Assembly: GCA_947168365.1 (NCBI GenBank) | Contig: CAMVLO010000012.1 | Location: 2,516-66,515, forward strand | DNA length: 64,000 nt | From: an uncultured Bacteroidales bacterium | GTDB lineage: Bacteria > Bacteroidota > Bacteroidia > Bacteroidales > UBA3824 | Direction of reading: 5' to 3' | Part shown: positions 61,984-64,000 of the stretch, one piece after another | Position numbering within the stretch: position 1 is the first letter of the stretch | Layout of the letters: every line of letters begins with the position of its first letter | Notes under the pieces: generated by a model | The model's database searches: none | Seen by the model: only the letters and a program-made list of their open reading frames with translations | Told to the model about the DNA's origin: nothing | Translations under genes and position numbers: made by a program

Positions 61984-62322
61984 TTATTTTTTCGACTTCA
62001 AATTCTCAAATGCTACAACATTGTTGCCAATAATCATAGCTACTTTTTGACATCGTTCCATTTCAGCACAGTCGCCGCAAGTATCAAAACCTTTTTGTAA
62101 TCCGCATCGACGAATTGTGCAAAAGCATTCGCAAAAGACTGTTTTTCTGCCATTTACACGACAACCGTCACAATTGATTTGCTCGGGATAAATCTCGATG
62201 TTGTTCAACTTCGACCAAAGGTCGGCTGTCTTTTGACGAAGTACATCGTCGTTGTTTTGAGTAGCGATATAGGCGTCACACTTTTCACAGTCGAGACCGC
62301 AGAAAGCTATCATTTTGTTCAT
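61984..62322 (-). CDS. DUF3795-family Cys-rich (putative metal-binding) protein
   Basis: 'IAFCGLDCEKCDAYIAT', 'CDGCR...CECF...RCGLQKGFDTCGDCAEMERC' matches the DUF3795 cysteine pattern. ATG 62322 lies 2 nt after the upstream stop; the track's 62328 is a TTG. Confidence 0.75.
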   Translation of the reverse strand: MNKMIAFCGLDCEKCDAYIATQNNDDVLRQKTADLWSKLNNIEIYPEQINCDGCRVNGRKTVFCECFCTIRRCGLQKGFDTCGDCAEMERCQKVAMIIGNNVVAFENLKSKK

Positions 62323-62324
62323 AA

Positions 62325-62594
62325 TCAAATAATTTTCACATTTAAAAACACCTCATCCTCTCCTGCCCTATTCAACTTGATTTCGTTGTATTTTTCAACA
62401 CTGAACGTTGACGAAATCTTATCATAAAAAACCGATACTTTTTCTTTTTCGATGTCAATTTGCAAAATATGATAGTCCTCAGCGAACTTTTTGTAATCGA
62501 CAATAAAACCGAAGTTCCGCGAAATCACCTCAATTTCGTGGAGTACCTCAGTGCTTTTTTTCCGCGTGAATATGTTCCAAAAGTGACGTGTCAT
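62325..62594 (-). CDS. Hypothetical small protein (first gene of the radical SAM operon)
   Basis: 89 aa from ATG 62594 (the track's 62615 is a TTG). No recognisable motif. Called because of tight coupling to the next gene. Confidence 0.4.
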   Translation of the reverse strand: MTRHFWNIFTRKKSTEVLHEIEVISRNFGFIVDYKKFAEDYHILQIDIEKEKVSVFYDKISSTFSVEKYNEIKLNRAGEDEVFLNVKII

Positions 62595-62723
62595 AACACA
62601 ATCTTTTTGTTCCAAAAGTAAGTCTAATATTTAAGAAAAAAAAGCAAAAATGTATCAATTTCGAGAAAAAAAGTAAATACGTGGAACAGAGAAAATTGTT
62701 TTTAGATTATGAGAAACAATTAT

Positions 62724-62731
62724 TATATTTG
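62724..62731 (+). promoter_or_regulatory. -7 box for the antitoxin/toxin pair
   Basis: TATATTTG, about 24 nt upstream of ATG 62755. Confidence 0.5.
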
Positions 62732-62754
62732 CCAAAAATAAAAAAGGGAAAAAA

Positions 62755-63012
62755 ATGACAGCCACACAATTAAATGCAGAATTGCTCCGTGAGTTGAGCA
62801 CAATCGTTGATGACGAAATCCTAATGGAAAAAGTCTTAAAATATATCAAGAAACTCAAAGCTCCCAAAGCCGACCCGACACTGATGACAAAGGAAGAATT
62901 TTTTGCTTGTATCGACGAAGCTAAAAAACAATATGAAGAAGGCAAATACACAACACTTTTGCCAGGCGAATCTGTTACTGATATGTTAAAAAGGAAAGGA
63001 TATGATATTTGA
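62755..63012 (+). CDS. Putative type II antitoxin (small helical protein upstream of the YoeB/Txe-like toxin)
   Basis: 85 aa. TATATTTG box about 24 nt upstream. Overlaps the downstream toxin-like ORF by 11 nt, the usual TA gene arrangement. Confidence 0.55.
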   Translation: MTATQLNAELLRELSTIVDDEILMEKVLKYIKKLKAPKADPTLMTKEEFFACIDEAKKQYEEGKYTTLLPGESVTDMLKRKGYDI

Positions 63013-63187
63013 AATCAGATTTACTGACTTGGCTAACGATGGGCTAGTAAAACTTGCTAAATCCGAACCTCGATGTTTTCAAAAAGCATTAAGCCATATC
63101 GACGAACTCAAAGAGCATCCACGCATCGTCACAGGACATCCGGAACAACTATCGGGCGACCACACCGGACAATGGAGCCGTAAATAA
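63002..63187 (+). pseudogene. YoeB/Txe (RelE-superfamily) toxin, 3'-truncated
   Basis: 'MIFEIRFTDLA...IDELKEHPRIVTGHPEQLSGDHTGQWSRK*' parallels the YoeB pattern '...[25 protein letters not shown]...'. It stops just before the conserved C-terminal catalytic segment, 13 nt from the end of the converging gene. Confidence 0.6.
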
Positions 63188-63200
63188 ATAACGCATTACA

Positions 63201-64000
63201 TCAGCCAATCATCTCAAACAATTTTCCAACCATCTCCGCCTCACTTGCATCTGCCTTTAATCCGTAGAGCGACAAAACCTCTTTGTCCAATTCTCTGTGC
63301 GCATTGGCGAGGTCAGTGAACAACAAGTCAAGATTTTCGCCGTAAAGGTCAGCAAGCGACGCGCCCTGAGAAAGATATTTTTCACGAATGTCGAGGATTT
63401 TTTGCCCGCAGGTAGAGACGGTGTGCACACCGTCTCTACAACCGCCGCCACATTCAGGCCACGGAAAATTGTTATATACAATGTCCTTGCTGTAACGGTA
63501 ACGGCTTTCCAATCGTCCCGCCACAACTCGAATCCACGCATTATGAATTATCGAGGTAAGAATGCCAAATTCGTAGAGGGTGGCGTTGGGGATGATTTGA
63601 ACAAGGTTTGAAGCAATTATATCCTTGTGCATAAATCCAATTGGAATGTATTTCCTTTTTTCAGATGACACACAAGGTACAAGCAAATAATCGCTATTAG
63701 GTTGTGCTATCTGACAAAAAAGTGTCGGTGTTTTCGCAAATCGTCTTGTAGCCTCAGCCTTACTAGATAATCTAAATTCTTTAACTTGTTTTACACGTTC
63801 AGTAACCAATGAAGATTTCGCAATTTCCATTGGATTAGCATCTAAGAGCCATAAACAATAACGTTGTTTATTATTTATAAATTCTTCGGCACCAATGTAT
63901 TTACGAATCCATTGTTTTGAAATTGGTTCCATTGTTTCAAACTCGTATTTTTGTTCGGGCATGATTACAAATGCACCTCCATCGCGTGGCATACTTCCGA
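63201..64000 (-). CDS. MmeI/YeeA-like class I SAM-dependent DNA methyltransferase (type IIL/IIG-like), C-terminal TRD + C-domain only; 5' end beyond the window
   Basis: Blocks 'RYCLWL', 'YLLVPCVSSEKRKYIPIGF', 'SIIHNAWIRVVAGRLESRYRYSKDIVYNNFPWP' and 'LADLYGEN...LANAHRELDKEV' fit MmeI-family C-terminal regions. The frame is open to base 64000. Confidence 0.7.
   Translation of the reverse strand, partial: GSMPRDGGAFVIMPEQKYEFETMEPISKQWIRKYIGAEEFINNKQRYCLWLLDANPMEIAKSSLVTERVKQVKEFRLSSKAEATRRFAKTPTLFCQIAQPNSDYLLVPCVSSEKRKYIPIGFMHKDIIASNLVQIIPNATLYEFGILTSIIHNAWIRVVAGRLESRYRYSKDIVYNNFPWPECGGGCRDGVHTVSTCGQKILDIREKYLSQGASLADLYGENLDLLFTDLANAHRELDKEVLSLYGLKADASEAEMVGKLFEMIG
63412..63439. repeat. 28-bp perfect palindrome GTAGAGACGGTGTG|CACACCGTCTCTAC inside the MmeI-like CDS
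   Basis: Read directly; the 14+14 nt arms have no spacer. It sits in a locally G+C-rich patch that encodes 'GGCRDGVHTVSTCG'. Confidence 0.9.

Overview
The window reads as a chromosomal segment of a Bacteroidota (Bacteroidales-like) genome. This rests on TAnnTTTG -7 promoter boxes about 25-50 nt upstream of many start codons, no Shine-Dalgarno signals, a type III glutamine synthetase, and a T9SS C-terminal sorting domain. Core content: a 5'-partial GH127, an M18 aminopeptidase, tRNA-Leu(CAG), a SulP transporter, an esterase plus GH5 pair, and a minus-strand nitrogen-assimilation block (glnA type III, gltB, gltD, asnB; 16.8-26.8 kb). Also present are an MgtC-family protein, a TPR/SpoIIE phosphatase, a CDF transporter and a large outer-membrane beta-barrel protein. 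Accessory or unusual content, in order: (1) a tight three-gene operon at 4.2-8.0 kb next to the tRNA, made of a WH+TPR protein without an NTPase and two paralogous membrane proteins with duplicated NTF2/Tim44-like modules and Cys4 zinc ribbons. (2) A small decay patch at 13.9-16.7 kb with an AAA-ATPase-like/PD-(D/E)XK protein, an orphan HigA and a KilA-N remnant. (3) A leaderless papain-like protease fused to a TerB-like domain and a poly-acidic tail encoded by eight 21-bp tandem repeats (27.2-28.8 kb). (4) A methyltransferase fusion protein coupled to a VanW-family protein. (5) A 3410-aa LamG-rich T9SS cargo gene in an operon with a lipoprotein and an OmpA-like protein (35.3-47.2 kb). (6) Three Rpn/PD-(D/E)XK paralogs, two of them in a recent tandem duplication (51.2-54.8 kb). 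(7) A six-gene operon centred on a small radical SAM enzyme (58.7-62.6 kb). (8) A decayed YoeB-type toxin-antitoxin pair abutting an MmeI-like methyltransferase/restriction gene that carries a 28-bp perfect palindrome. No CRISPR array, rRNA, integrase or transposase was found. All functional calls come from motif recognition by eye, and no database search was run.
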